From contig JAEWNB010000136.1 in NCBI GenBank assembly GCA_023392945.1, forward strand, positions 3,050 through 67,049: a stretch of 64,000 nucleotides of DNA, in the 5' to 3' direction. Positions 52,964 to 61,526 of the stretch are shown piece by piece (position 1 is the first letter of the stretch; the number at the start of each line of letters is the position of its first letter). The notes below the pieces were generated by a model. The model searched no databases. It was not told the origin of the DNA and saw nothing but the letters and a program-made list of their open reading frames with translations. Both the position numbers and the translations under genes were made by a program. The stretch comes from Bacteroidota bacterium. Lineage in GTDB: Bacteria; Bacteroidota; Bacteroidia; Bacteroidales; WCHB1-69.

Positions 52964-53830
52964 ATGCATCGCATCAACCTTTTATTGATAATCCTTATCT
53001 TAATCTGCAGTACTTTCACTTTGGCACAAAAGGAGAATGCCAATACTAAGAAAATAGGCATTTGTCTTAGCGGCGGGGGTGCCCTTGGCTATGCCCATAT
53101 TGGAGCTCTTCAGGCTCTGGAGGAAGCAGGTATTAAACCGGACTATATTTCAGGAACGAGCATGGGAAGTATCGTGGGAGTTCTTTACGCTGCCGGCTAT
53201 TCGCCTTTGGAGATATTAGATATGGTTAAAAAGGAAAAAACCTATCGGTTGGGCTCTATTTTCAAATTGGATCTTACCCGTTTCACCGGTTATTCTAAAC
53301 AGACAAAATTGGAAAAGATACTCAATAAATATATTCCGTATAACAATTTCGATAGTCTTGACATTAAATTCTGTACCTGCTGCATCGATTTCAGAAATAA
53401 TAAAGTGTTGCTGACAAATAAAGGAGAACATCTGAAAGAATTTACCATTGCCTCTGCCTCAATACCGGTCCTTTTTGAAAACTATGTGATTGAGGGAATT
53501 GAATATGTGGATGGGGGACTGAGAAATAATTTTCCGATTGAACCGCTGATTGAAGATAAATGTGACGTGATTATCGGGATTAATGTGATCAATTTCACTC
53601 CTTCTCCATGTACGGTGAGTAAAAAGGAAGCGACCTATCACGCCTATACGATTATTGAAGAAGCGATAAGCGGAGAGAAATTCGGAAAATGCGACTTCTA
53701 CATTCCCATCAAAGGACTTAATTCGGAAAAATTAAGTCTATTCAGTTTTAGAAAATATCGCAAGATTTACAAAATAGGATACGACAATACCAAAGCCTAT
53801 ATTGCTTCTCATCCTGAGATGAAAAAATAA
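52964..53830 (+). CDS. patatin-like phospholipase (exported)
   Basis: ATG at 52964 (the track uses TTG at 52958). Signal peptide, GGGALG oxyanion motif, GTSMG nucleophile elbow (GxSxG), and DGG catalytic Asp (YVDGGLRNN). Confidence 0.85.
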   Translation: MHRINLLLIILILICSTFTLAQKENANTKKIGICLSGGGALGYAHIGALQALEEAGIKPDYISGTSMGSIVGVLYAAGYSPLEILDMVKKEKTYRLGSIFKLDLTRFTGYSKQTKLEKILNKYIPYNNFDSLDIKFCTCCIDFRNNKVLLTNKGEHLKEFTIASASIPVLFENYVIEGIEYVDGGLRNNFPIEPLIEDKCDVIIGINVINFTPSPCTVSKKEATYHAYTIIEEAISGEKFGKCDFYIPIKGLNSEKLSLFSFRKYRKIYKIGYDNTKAYIASHPEMKK

Positions 53831-53834
53831 GCTT

Positions 53835-56800
53835 TTACAAAATCTCTTCAGGGAATTCTTCTCTCGTTTCAATTTCATTTTGATGATGGGACACTTTTCT
53901 TTTGTCCAATCTTTCAAAAGATAGCCAATAGGAAACAGGAAGAACGGTAACCACAAAGAGCATGGAGAACCAGGTTCCGAAGCAAATTACGGTTCCCATG
54001 GGAGCCCACAGAGCACTATTGCTCAAAATCATCGGAATAACCCCCATGGAAGCAGCGGCTGAAGTTAAGAAGATGGGGCGCATACGACGTTTCCCCGCTT
54101 CAAGAGCTGCATCATGCGCCGATTTTCCGAAATTGATGCGCTGATCTTCGGCATAATCGTACATAATAATGCCATTCCGGACAATAATGCCCATCAAAGC
54201 TACAAGACCCAAAACTGAGGTGAGACTGTATTCCATTTGCATCACCGATAACCCAATGACCGCCCCGAAAATGGAGAGACAGGAGATTCCGAGAATAAGG
54301 AGGGCCAAGGAGACCTTTTTAAAATGAAAGACCAGAATCATAAAGATTATCAATACTGCTATTACAATACCCTTGAGAAGCATGGGCCATATTACACCAT
54401 CCTGCTCTTTTGTACCACCCCACGTTAGCTCCACATCGTCAGGAATCGGCACCTTATCCCGAATCATTTTTTGGACATCCTTGAACACATTAACCACATT
54501 CTCACCTCTTTTTACATCTGACAAAATACTGATGCAATAGACTCCGTTTCTTCTGACTATCTGACCTGTGGACCAGTCGGGTGTGATATCGGCAATTTGC
54601 CCGAGTGGAACAGCTACGCCGGTAATGGAAGAGATGTATTCACCGCGTAATTTATCAAATCCAATGGGCTTCTCCTGTTCGGCTTTCAAGACCACCTGAA
54701 CGGGATAGTCTCCTTCCCAAACGGTTGTGACGGGAATACCCTCACTGTATTTCAAGGCAAGATTGGTAGCAACAGTGGGCTTGGAAATGCCCAAACGATT
54801 GGCCTCTTCATTATTGATTTCAACTGCCACGCCCGGCAACTCTCCCTGAAAATTGTTTCTCACCAACTGCAACTTACCCATCCTGCGCATTTCATCCATC
54901 ACTCGTGCGGCAATTTGTTTAAGTTTTTCGGGATTATTGCCGCTTAAGCGTATTTCAATCGGAGAGGAAGCAAAGACATAATCAAGCTGCTTAAACCTGA
55001 CTCCGGCATTGGGAAAATAATTGGCATATTTGTCGGCATAATCATCCAGCACCTTTTCTGTATTCTTAATGGTATTGGTACTGACTATAAACTGAGCATA
55101 ACTCGGAGAGGGAAAGTTGGGTGCATAACAGGTATGAAACCTCGGCGAAGTAGTCCCTACAAACTTGGTGATGGAGGTAATCCTTTTGTCCTTCATCAAC
55201 ATTTTCTCGAGAGAATCGGCAACAGCAGCGGTTGCACTAAGGGGAGAGCCCTGAGGAAGATAGATCTCAACGGCAAACTGATTTCTCTCGGTGATGGGCA
55301 TCATCTTCTGTGGCAAGGTGAGAAATACCAATACGCCAACCAATACGGCTGCAATGGCAATGCCGATAGTGATTTTGGGGAAACGAAAGGCAAACTGAAT
55401 CAAAATGTTGTATTTCTCCTGAATGAAAGTGGCTACCCGCTGTTTTTTAACATGATTTCCTGCAGAGTGAAGTCCTTTTTTAATGAGTTTATATTGGACA
55501 AAGGGAATGAAAAGTATGGCTACCAACAGAGAGACTCCCAGCGTAATAGTAACCGTCCAGGGGAAGGCCAAAAGGAAATCGCGGAACATGCCGCTTGAAG
55601 TGAATAAGAAAGGATAAAAAGTGATACTGATGGCCAAGGTTGCCGAAAGAATCGACTTGAAGAGCTCACGGGCACTATCAACAGAAGCATTCCAACGCGG
55701 AATACCGTGGTCTATTTTTTCAAGATAATTGTCAATGATGACGACGGAATCATCCACAATAATCCCCAATACAGCAATGAGTCCGGCGAGAGTGACGGTA
55801 TTGAGCTCCAGTCCGATGGCATAGAGAATTCCCACGGATATAAAGATGGTGATGGGAATGGTCATGGCAGCTATGGAAGCTACTTTAATGGGCTGTAAGA
55901 CCATCACTACGAGTAAAACGGTGGCAATGGCGATGAGCATCTCGCGAAGGAAAGTGTTGACGGAATGGTTAACCACCTGCGATTGGTCGGCAACACGGAA
56001 GAAGGTAACATCATCGGGCAACTCCTCTTCAAAGTCGTCCAGCACTTTCTTGATCTCTTTGCCGTATTGGACAATATTATTCCCTTCCAACATTTCGATG
56101 GAAAGCAGAATCGACTTACTGCCGTTGTTGGTAATATAACTGGTAGGTTTAGGATATTCCCTGACAATACGGGCAATATCCTTTAAGCGGATAAGAGCCC
56201 CCGTAGGGTCGGTATAGATGATTTGCTCCCCGACATCCTTCTCGTTGGCAAAAGTCTCCGAAACATGAATCGGGGACGAGAAATTGTCGTCTTCAACAGT
56301 GCCGCTGACAGTGGTAAACCCCTGACTGAAAAGAGTCGCCAGCAAGATGGAACTGTTGAGATGATAAGCCGCCAGCTTATCCTTGTCAAGATATACCGAA
56401 ATCTGTTCATTCTGAAGACCGTAATGACGCAAATTTGAAACAGATTCTATTTTTCGGAGACGGTTTTCAAGTTCCTTAAGATATCCTTCCAACTGACGGT
56501 AGGTCTTATCTTTGGATTCTATCGAAATGAGCAGGGCGGAGGTCTCTCCGAAATCGTTGCTTGCCATCAGTGCGGCAACTCCCGAGGGCAACGACTTTTT
56601 AAAATCTACCAGCCCATGCCTGAACTTCGACCAGAACTCATCGTCGTTTGTCACATTATCATTCAACACCACATAGACAATTACCATTCCGTCCTTTGAA
56701 ACAGAATAGGTTCTTACCTTATTAACCTCCTTATAGCTGAAGAGATAACTTTCCAGGGGCTGTGTCAACTGCTCTTCCACCTGCGACGAGTTTGCGCCCG

Positions 56801-56966
56801 GATAAACACCTACCACCAATCCCTCCCGAATGGTAAAGATCGGAAATTCCTGCTTAGGCATCACAAACAACCCATATATACCAAAAAGCACCAACAGCGC
56901 AACCAGGAGAATAATGACATTTTTATTCTTCATGGCAAATTCTATGGGTTTTGTAATTCGATTCAT
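53835..56966 (-). CDS. efflux RND transporter permease subunit (AcrB/HAE1-like)
   Basis: 1043 aa with a 12-TM, two-large-loop architecture. Overlaps the adaptor gene by 4 nt. Confidence 0.9.
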   Translation of the reverse strand: MNRITKPIEFAMKNKNVIILLVALLVLFGIYGLFVMPKQEFPIFTIREGLVVGVYPGANSSQVEEQLTQPLESYLFSYKEVNKVRTYSVSKDGMVIVYVVLNDNVTNDDEFWSKFRHGLVDFKKSLPSGVAALMASNDFGETSALLISIESKDKTYRQLEGYLKELENRLRKIESVSNLRHYGLQNEQISVYLDKDKLAAYHLNSSILLATLFSQGFTTVSGTVEDDNFSSPIHVSETFANEKDVGEQIIYTDPTGALIRLKDIARIVREYPKPTSYITNNGSKSILLSIEMLEGNNIVQYGKEIKKVLDDFEEELPDDVTFFRVADQSQVVNHSVNTFLREMLIAIATVLLVVMVLQPIKVASIAAMTIPITIFISVGILYAIGLELNTVTLAGLIAVLGIIVDDSVVIIDNYLEKIDHGIPRWNASVDSARELFKSILSATLAISITFYPFLFTSSGMFRDFLLAFPWTVTITLGVSLLVAILFIPFVQYKLIKKGLHSAGNHVKKQRVATFIQEKYNILIQFAFRFPKITIGIAIAAVLVGVLVFLTLPQKMMPITERNQFAVEIYLPQGSPLSATAAVADSLEKMLMKDKRITSITKFVGTTSPRFHTCYAPNFPSPSYAQFIVSTNTIKNTEKVLDDYADKYANYFPNAGVRFKQLDYVFASSPIEIRLSGNNPEKLKQIAARVMDEMRRMGKLQLVRNNFQGELPGVAVEINNEEANRLGISKPTVATNLALKYSEGIPVTTVWEGDYPVQVVLKAEQEKPIGFDKLRGEYISSITGVAVPLGQIADITPDWSTGQIVRRNGVYCISILSDVKRGENVVNVFKDVQKMIRDKVPIPDDVELTWGGTKEQDGVIWPMLLKGIVIAVLIIFMILVFHFKKVSLALLILGISCLSIFGAVIGLSVMQMEYSLTSVLGLVALMGIIVRNGIIMYDYAEDQRINFGKSAHDAALEAGKRRMRPIFLTSAAASMGVIPMILSNSALWAPMGTVICFGTWFSMLFVVTVLPVSYWLSFERLDKRKVSHHQNEIETREEFPEEIL

Positions 56967-57982
56967 CGGATCGTTATTTTAGTCCCTTCACTTACTTTCT
57001 GATAACCCTCCACAATCACTTTATCGCCAAGGTCAATTCCCCCTGCAATCACAATTCCCTCCTCCGACAATCCGTCGGTTTGTACGATCCGTTTGGATGC
57101 CTTCTCCCCTATGGCTACCCAAACATAATGTTCTCCCTCCGAAGAGAGCATCACTGCCCTATTGGGAAGAATAATGCTCTTGCTTGTATCTCCCGACAAA
57201 AGAGCTACCTTGCACACCATCCCCGGAATGAGCTTTCTTTGGGGATTCATAACGGGAATTTCAATATCGTATGAGTGGGAAATCGGATTGGCAACCACTC
57301 CTATTTTATCCACTTTTGCCTTAAAGGTGGCGTTGTTGAGAGCAGGAATTACCATGTTGGCCGCCTGTCCCCGTTTAATCGAAGAAATGAGATTCTCGGG
57401 AATAGCCACCTTCACCTTAACCTTATCCATATTGAGCAGACTAAAAACCTGAACGCCCGGCAATACATTGACTCCGGGCTCCACAAAGCGCTTGCCGATG
57501 ATACCGGAAAAAGGAGCGGTCAATTTTGCTGCCTCCAGATTCTTACGGGCTATCTTTTCCGCCGACTGTGCCTTTTCCAAATTGGTTTGCATCTCAACCC
57601 ACTGAATTTCAGGCAGACTTCCTTTTTCATAAAGCTGCTTCATTCTCCCGTAAGCATCCTCCGCCTGACGGAGCAAAGCCGCTGCAGCATCATGAGTACT
57701 CTCCAGATTGCTGCTGTTCACCTCAGCCAGCAACGCTCCCTTTTGGACAAAATCACCCTCCCCGACATATATCCGCTCCACATTTCCCGGAACCGAAAAG
57801 CTCAGAGAAGAGGCATAATCCTCCTTCACCGTACCCACAAAATGTTGTGCTTCCACCTCCGAAGAAGCAGCCGCCACCAACACCTTAACAGGAATGGCCT
57901 CCGAGGCTCGCTCCCCTGAATGATGACCACACCCGCATAAGAGAAAAATAGGAATTATAATCCAATACCTTTTTTTTACCAT
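56963..57982 (-). CDS. efflux RND transporter periplasmic adaptor (membrane fusion) lipoprotein
   Basis: 339 aa with a lipobox (LLCGCG). Coiled-coil hairpin and barrel regions typical of the HlyD_D23 family. Confidence 0.85.
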   Translation of the reverse strand: MVKKRYWIIIPIFLLCGCGHHSGERASEAIPVKVLVAAASSEVEAQHFVGTVKEDYASSLSFSVPGNVERIYVGEGDFVQKGALLAEVNSSNLESTHDAAAALLRQAEDAYGRMKQLYEKGSLPEIQWVEMQTNLEKAQSAEKIARKNLEAAKLTAPFSGIIGKRFVEPGVNVLPGVQVFSLLNMDKVKVKVAIPENLISSIKRGQAANMVIPALNNATFKAKVDKIGVVANPISHSYDIEIPVMNPQRKLIPGMVCKVALLSGDTSKSIILPNRAVMLSSEGEHYVWVAIGEKASKRIVQTDGLSEEGIVIAGGIDLGDKVIVEGYQKVSEGTKITIR

Positions 57983-58017
57983 AAATTTTATTCTTTATAA
58001 GCTGTTTTTAACTAACG

Positions 58018-58025
58018 CAAAAATA
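58018..58025 (-). promoter_or_regulatory. -7 promoter box (TATTTTTG on the minus strand) for the RND operon
   Basis: Plus-strand caaaaata, 35 nt upstream of the adaptor ATG at 57982. Confidence 0.45.
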
Positions 58026-58081
58026 TTACAATTATTGAAATAAACATCTCTTAAAAAAACTCCGATATTATTTAATATTGG

Positions 58082-58376
58082 ATTTCATTCCACCACTTTT
58101 TTTGCCCATTTTTTCACGATTTCAATTTCGTAGTTACGAAAAAAAATTTAGAAGCTTCGTTTTACAAATTTAGAAGCTTCGTTTTTAAATTTAGAAGCTT
58201 CGTTTTTAAATTTAGAAGCTTCGTTTTTAAATTTCATGAATACGTTGTTAATTTCATGCTCATGAAAAAAAATTTCTTGCCCATGTTTTACAAATTTCAT
58301 GCGCACAAAAAATAATTTCTTGCTCATGTTTTGTAAATTTCATGCGCACAAAAAATAATTTCATGCGCATGAAATT
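58082..58376. repeat. array of about 14 phased 20-22 bp units (ATTT - variable dyad core - A/T tract), ending in a perfect 20-bp palindrome
   Basis: Unit starts (ATTT) are at 58146, 58168, 58189, 58210, 58231, 58251, 58272, 58294, 58315, 58337 and 58358, plus degenerate units upstream. There are three identical units ATTTAGAAGCTTCGTTTTTAA plus one variant (58146). Two 43-bp super-repeats occupy 58272-58314 and 58315-58357. The terminal AATTTCATGCGCATGAAATT (58357-58376) is perfectly palindromic. Confidence 0.85.
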
Positions 58377-58458
58377 GTTCACCGGCAAATACCCATTCAA
58401 AACCCCTCTCTTTTAATCTTAAAAAGGATCAAATCGGAGTGCATTTTTTTAACCGGCC

Positions 58459-58556
58459 ACTTTTAGAAAATATAAGTACATAAATATTTTTCATCGAAAA
58501 GAATAATTATTAATTTTGTGAGCTTTTAAAGCATTATATAAAAAAAAGTAAATAAT
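58459..58556 (+). repeat. direct repeat copy A (conserved leader core)
   Basis: 58511-58556 (TAATTTTGTGAGCTTTTAAAGCATTATATAAAAAAAAGTAAATAAT) matches 60025-60070 with 1 mismatch. Flanking similarity is weaker. Confidence 0.8.
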
Positions 58557-58704
58557 GAACTATCCCCACTAATGTGGGATGGTAGTGCAATAAAAAGGGA
58601 AAAGGATTAGGGGGGAATAAGTAAGTTGAGAGTCATACACGATGCAATCTCACAAAAGAGTTTCAGAATATAATAATAATCAATTTTATATAAGAGAAAA
58701 TATT

Positions 58705-59097
58705 ATGGATAACCTTACTATTAAAGAAAAAATAATTGCTCTGGAGACAGCAGCTCTAGAAGCTTGGCACAATGGGAATCCTTCACCCTATCTGGAACTT
58801 TATTCGAAGGACTTTACCTATTTCGATCCTGTACATGAAAGGCGGCTTGACGGTTGGGACAAGATAAAAGATTTGTATGAAAGCATGCGAGGAACGGTTA
58901 AAATGGATAAATTCGAAATGATAAATCCCGTTGTACAACAAACCAATACAATGGCAGTCCTAGCCTACAATCTGCACTCATACTTAGGGGAAACGCTTTG
59001 GAAGGAAAATTGCACCGAAGTGTATAGGCTTGAAGAAAATAACGAATGGAAAATCATTCACAGCCATTGGTCATTGACTAACCCTTCAATTAATTAA
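58705..59097 (+). CDS. DUF4440/SnoaL-like (NTF2 fold) protein
   Basis: I prefer the start MDNLTIKEKIIALETAALEAWHNGN... The C-terminal WKIIHSHWS is typical of DUF4440 proteins. The track ORF adds 21 upstream codons from 58642. Confidence 0.6.
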   Translation: MDNLTIKEKIIALETAALEAWHNGNPSPYLELYSKDFTYFDPVHERRLDGWDKIKDLYESMRGTVKMDKFEMINPVVQQTNTMAVLAYNLHSYLGETLWKENCTEVYRLEENNEWKIIHSHWSLTNPSIN

Positions 59098-59127
59098 TTA
59101 CACTGTCACTTTTTTAAAAAAATACCT

Positions 59128-59688
59128 ATGGATAAGATATTAACATTCCCTGACAGACAAGCCTTTCGAGAATGGCTTGACAAGTATGGGGAAGAGAGCG
59201 ATGGCATATGGTTACTCTTTGGAAAAAAAGAGAAAACTGTCACCCTATCTGCAGGCGAAGCATTGGAAGAAGCTCTTTGTCACGGATGGATAGACGGACA
59301 AATACAATCTCTTGATGATAATAGTTATAAAAAGTATTTTGCGCGACGCTTACCTAAAAGCAAATGGTCTGTTAAAAATAAAGAGCTGGCACAAACACTT
59401 ATGGAAAAGGGATTAATGACCCGACAGGGTATAGATGCAATAGAAAACGCTAGAAAAAAAGGTTTATGGGATAATGTTAAACCTATCCTTATTAAGGATG
59501 AACATATTCAGATGTTTAAGGAAATAATTCAGCCGTATGAGCCTGCTTATACTAACTTGCTGGCCATGTCGCACTCGGTACAGCACACCTATACCGGTTT
59601 TTATCTTGATGCCAAATCTGACAAAACCCGTCAAACTCGGTTAGAAAAGATTATAGACAGACTTAACAAGAATTTGAAACCAATGTGA
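59128..59688 (+). CDS. YdeI/OmpD-associated (DUF1801-related) family protein
   Basis: 186 aa. FREWLDKYGEESDGIWLLFGKK...ALCHGWIDGQ...YFARRLPKSKWS resembles the YdeI family. Confidence 0.6.
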   Translation: MDKILTFPDRQAFREWLDKYGEESDGIWLLFGKKEKTVTLSAGEALEEALCHGWIDGQIQSLDDNSYKKYFARRLPKSKWSVKNKELAQTLMEKGLMTRQGIDAIENARKKGLWDNVKPILIKDEHIQMFKEIIQPYEPAYTNLLAMSHSVQHTYTGFYLDAKSDKTRQTRLEKIIDRLNKNLKPM

Positions 59689-59743
59689 TGTAAGTAAATT
59701 ATATGACAATATTAAAAAGAAAAGAGTAATAAAATAAACGAAC

Positions 59744-59873
59744 TCTCAACATGCATTATATAAGCCATGGCGTGGTATTAAGCGTATTTAACATCTCGTC
59801 TCACAGCAATTTCGGCACGTGAAATACAGGCATCTGTAAAATCCGCCACTACTCTTAGCAGCCGCCGTTACCT
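59744..59873 (+). other. attC-like imperfect palindrome 1 (weakest of the three)
   Basis: Left core TCTCAAC (59744-59750) and right core GTTACCT (59867-59873), 130 bp apart. The arms pair only partially (TAAG and TGGCG blocks). An alternative right core is CTTAGCA at 59854-59860. Confidence 0.35.
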
Positions 59874-59964
59874 GAGATAGTCAATTAAACAAAAGTCTGA
59901 CTCCAACTCTTTTCCATCAGCCTTTTAAATGCCCTTGCAAGGCGTTATCTTTGATTAAGGAGTT

Positions 59965-60070
59965 ACTTTTGAAAATAAAGTACCAAAAAAGAAAAAAATA
60001 TTTTTTATAGAAAAGAAAAAATCCTAATTTTGTGAGCTTTTAAAACATTATATAAAAAAAAGTAAATAAT
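59965..60070 (+). repeat. direct repeat copy B (conserved leader core)
   Basis: See copy A. 60025-60070 matches 58511-58556 at 45 of 46 positions. Confidence 0.8.
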
Positions 60071-60191
60071 AACCTCATAGCCTTCAGAAGTGCATAGTAG
60101 TCATATACTAATATGGATTAAAATAGTTTTACTAGGAATAGGGTGAATATATAAACGAGTTAGGTCCAATGCAAAAAAAACACCAACTACA

Positions 60192-60809
60192 ATGAAAAAT
60201 GAGCATAATGAAAATATAATTCGATTTCTAAAGGACAATATAGAACCATTGGATGATAGTATTTATGGATTAAGCTACAGAGCATCTGCATACTTGACTG
60301 ATGGAGTCTATTTGCCTTGTGTGATTTTTAGAAATCCAAAGTCAACAGTTAATCTTGCACTACGTAGATTCAAAGAAGAACAAAAAGGTAAAGGGATTTT
60401 TGGCAAGTCCGCTGCAAGTTACTTTAAGATTGTTGAGCATTTTGTGACAAATGGCAATCGGATTAATGATTACGACATTGAAAAAGTTGAAAAGAGTAAA
60501 TATGCCTTCCCGATTTCTACTTTAAAACAAATTCGCGGCGAGACAACTATGGGTTGGACTGGATTTACAGCAAAAATGAAAGATGGAAAATGTTTTGGAT
60601 TTGGCACCCGCTTTCTAAATGAATTCTTCCAAATGCCAGATAACTATTCGACTGATGATATAATTGAGATTGTAAATCATAGCTATGTTTCAAAAAACGG
60701 AGAAATACATTCACATAAAGTTCCCTTTTCAAATTGGTCAGATGATTATGAAAAGGATTTGATTTATAGAGAACGACCTTATTTTATTTGCTATATTGAC
60801 AATTTATAA
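60192..60809 (+). CDS. hypothetical protein
   Basis: 205 aa, no recognisable family and no signal peptide. Coding-like composition. Confidence 0.5.
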   Translation: MKNEHNENIIRFLKDNIEPLDDSIYGLSYRASAYLTDGVYLPCVIFRNPKSTVNLALRRFKEEQKGKGIFGKSAASYFKIVEHFVTNGNRINDYDIEKVEKSKYAFPISTLKQIRGETTMGWTGFTAKMKDGKCFGFGTRFLNEFFQMPDNYSTDDIIEIVNHSYVSKNGEIHSHKVPFSNWSDDYEKDLIYRERPYFICYIDNL

Positions 60810-60831
60810 TACAATGATAAAAATGCACAGG

Positions 60832-60962
60832 CCCTAACAAAATGTATACATCATGCGGGTTTCAGAGCAATTTGCAAGTTCAGAGCTCGCTGGCAATGGC
60901 AGTAACGATGGATAGGAAAGTGACCACGAACTCCCGCACGCTGCATACACTAAACGTTAGCA
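60832..60962 (+). other. attC-like imperfect palindrome 2 (best supported)
   Basis: CTAAC (60834-60838) pairs 5 of 5 with GTTAG (60956-60960). Inner arms TGTATACATCATGCGGG (60843-60859) and CCCGCACGCTGCATACA (60933-60949) are complementary at 14 of 17 positions. Short unpaired spacers lie between core and arm. Total length is 131 bp. Confidence 0.55.
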
Positions 60963-60986
60963 CATTTAAACAGAATCAAAAACAAC

Positions 60987-61484
60987 ATGAAAATATTTTT
61001 TTATGCTTTAACTATTTTTACTTTCCTCTCTACCACCACAGCTCAAACAACAAATCGTAATGATCTCTGTAAGAAAGAGTCGAATGAATTATGGAGAGAA
61101 TTGGCAGACAACGGAAAATATCAGGAAGCAATAAAGATTTTACTTGACACTATTCAGACAAGTAAGCAAAAGAATAAAAATGTCACTTATTGGCACATTG
61201 GTCAACTATATGCATTTAATAATGAATACACTTCAGCCATTGAATATATGAAAAAATCAACAAGTTTTCTCGATAAAGTTTTCGACAGAGAATGGCGATT
61301 ATATTACAACGGAACCATTGCATTTCTTAAAAAAGACAAGAAAAAACTAAAGAATTATAATGACAAGTTGTGGAAAAAGCATTCGGACTACTATTATTTC
61401 AATGCTTGCAAATTGAAAGCATTGTACGAAAATTTTGACAAGCCCTATAAATTAGCTTATGATGTGTCTTGTAAATCATATTAA
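60987..61484 (+). CDS. hypothetical exported protein (TPR-like helical)
   Basis: 165 aa with a signal peptide (MKIFFYALTIFTFLSTTTAQ). No family recognised. Confidence 0.5.
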   Translation: MKIFFYALTIFTFLSTTTAQTTNRNDLCKKESNELWRELADNGKYQEAIKILLDTIQTSKQKNKNVTYWHIGQLYAFNNEYTSAIEYMKKSTSFLDKVFDREWRLYYNGTIAFLKKDKKKLKNYNDKLWKKHSDYYYFNACKLKALYENFDKPYKLAYDVSCKSY

Positions 61485-61526
61485 TGTATATAACTTTGTT
61501 CGGCAACTATTTAAAAGAGTAGTAAA

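Noticed and set aside
57275-57919. 214-aa plus-strand ORF (and the 57526..57888 and 57162..57452 ORFs)
   Set aside because: They are antisense to the RND adaptor gene and have low-complexity Pro/Arg/Ser-rich translations with no start context. Long antisense ORFs are expected in this locally higher-GC gene.
58082-58380. Possibility that the tandem array is a CRISPR array
   Set aside because: The period is only about 21 bp, with no alternating unique spacers of 25-50 bp and no cas genes nearby. The units are contiguous, degenerate repeats.
58642-58704. 21-codon N-terminal extension of the DUF4440-like ORF in the track
   Set aside because: The DUF4440-like domain starts at MDNLT (58705). The extension falls in the leader region homologous to the leader of an unrelated gene, so it is more likely non-coding or a separate leader element.
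60842-61060. 72-aa plus-strand ORF
   Set aside because: It spans attC-like site 2 and runs out of frame into the next gene's signal-peptide region, so it is most likely non-coding.
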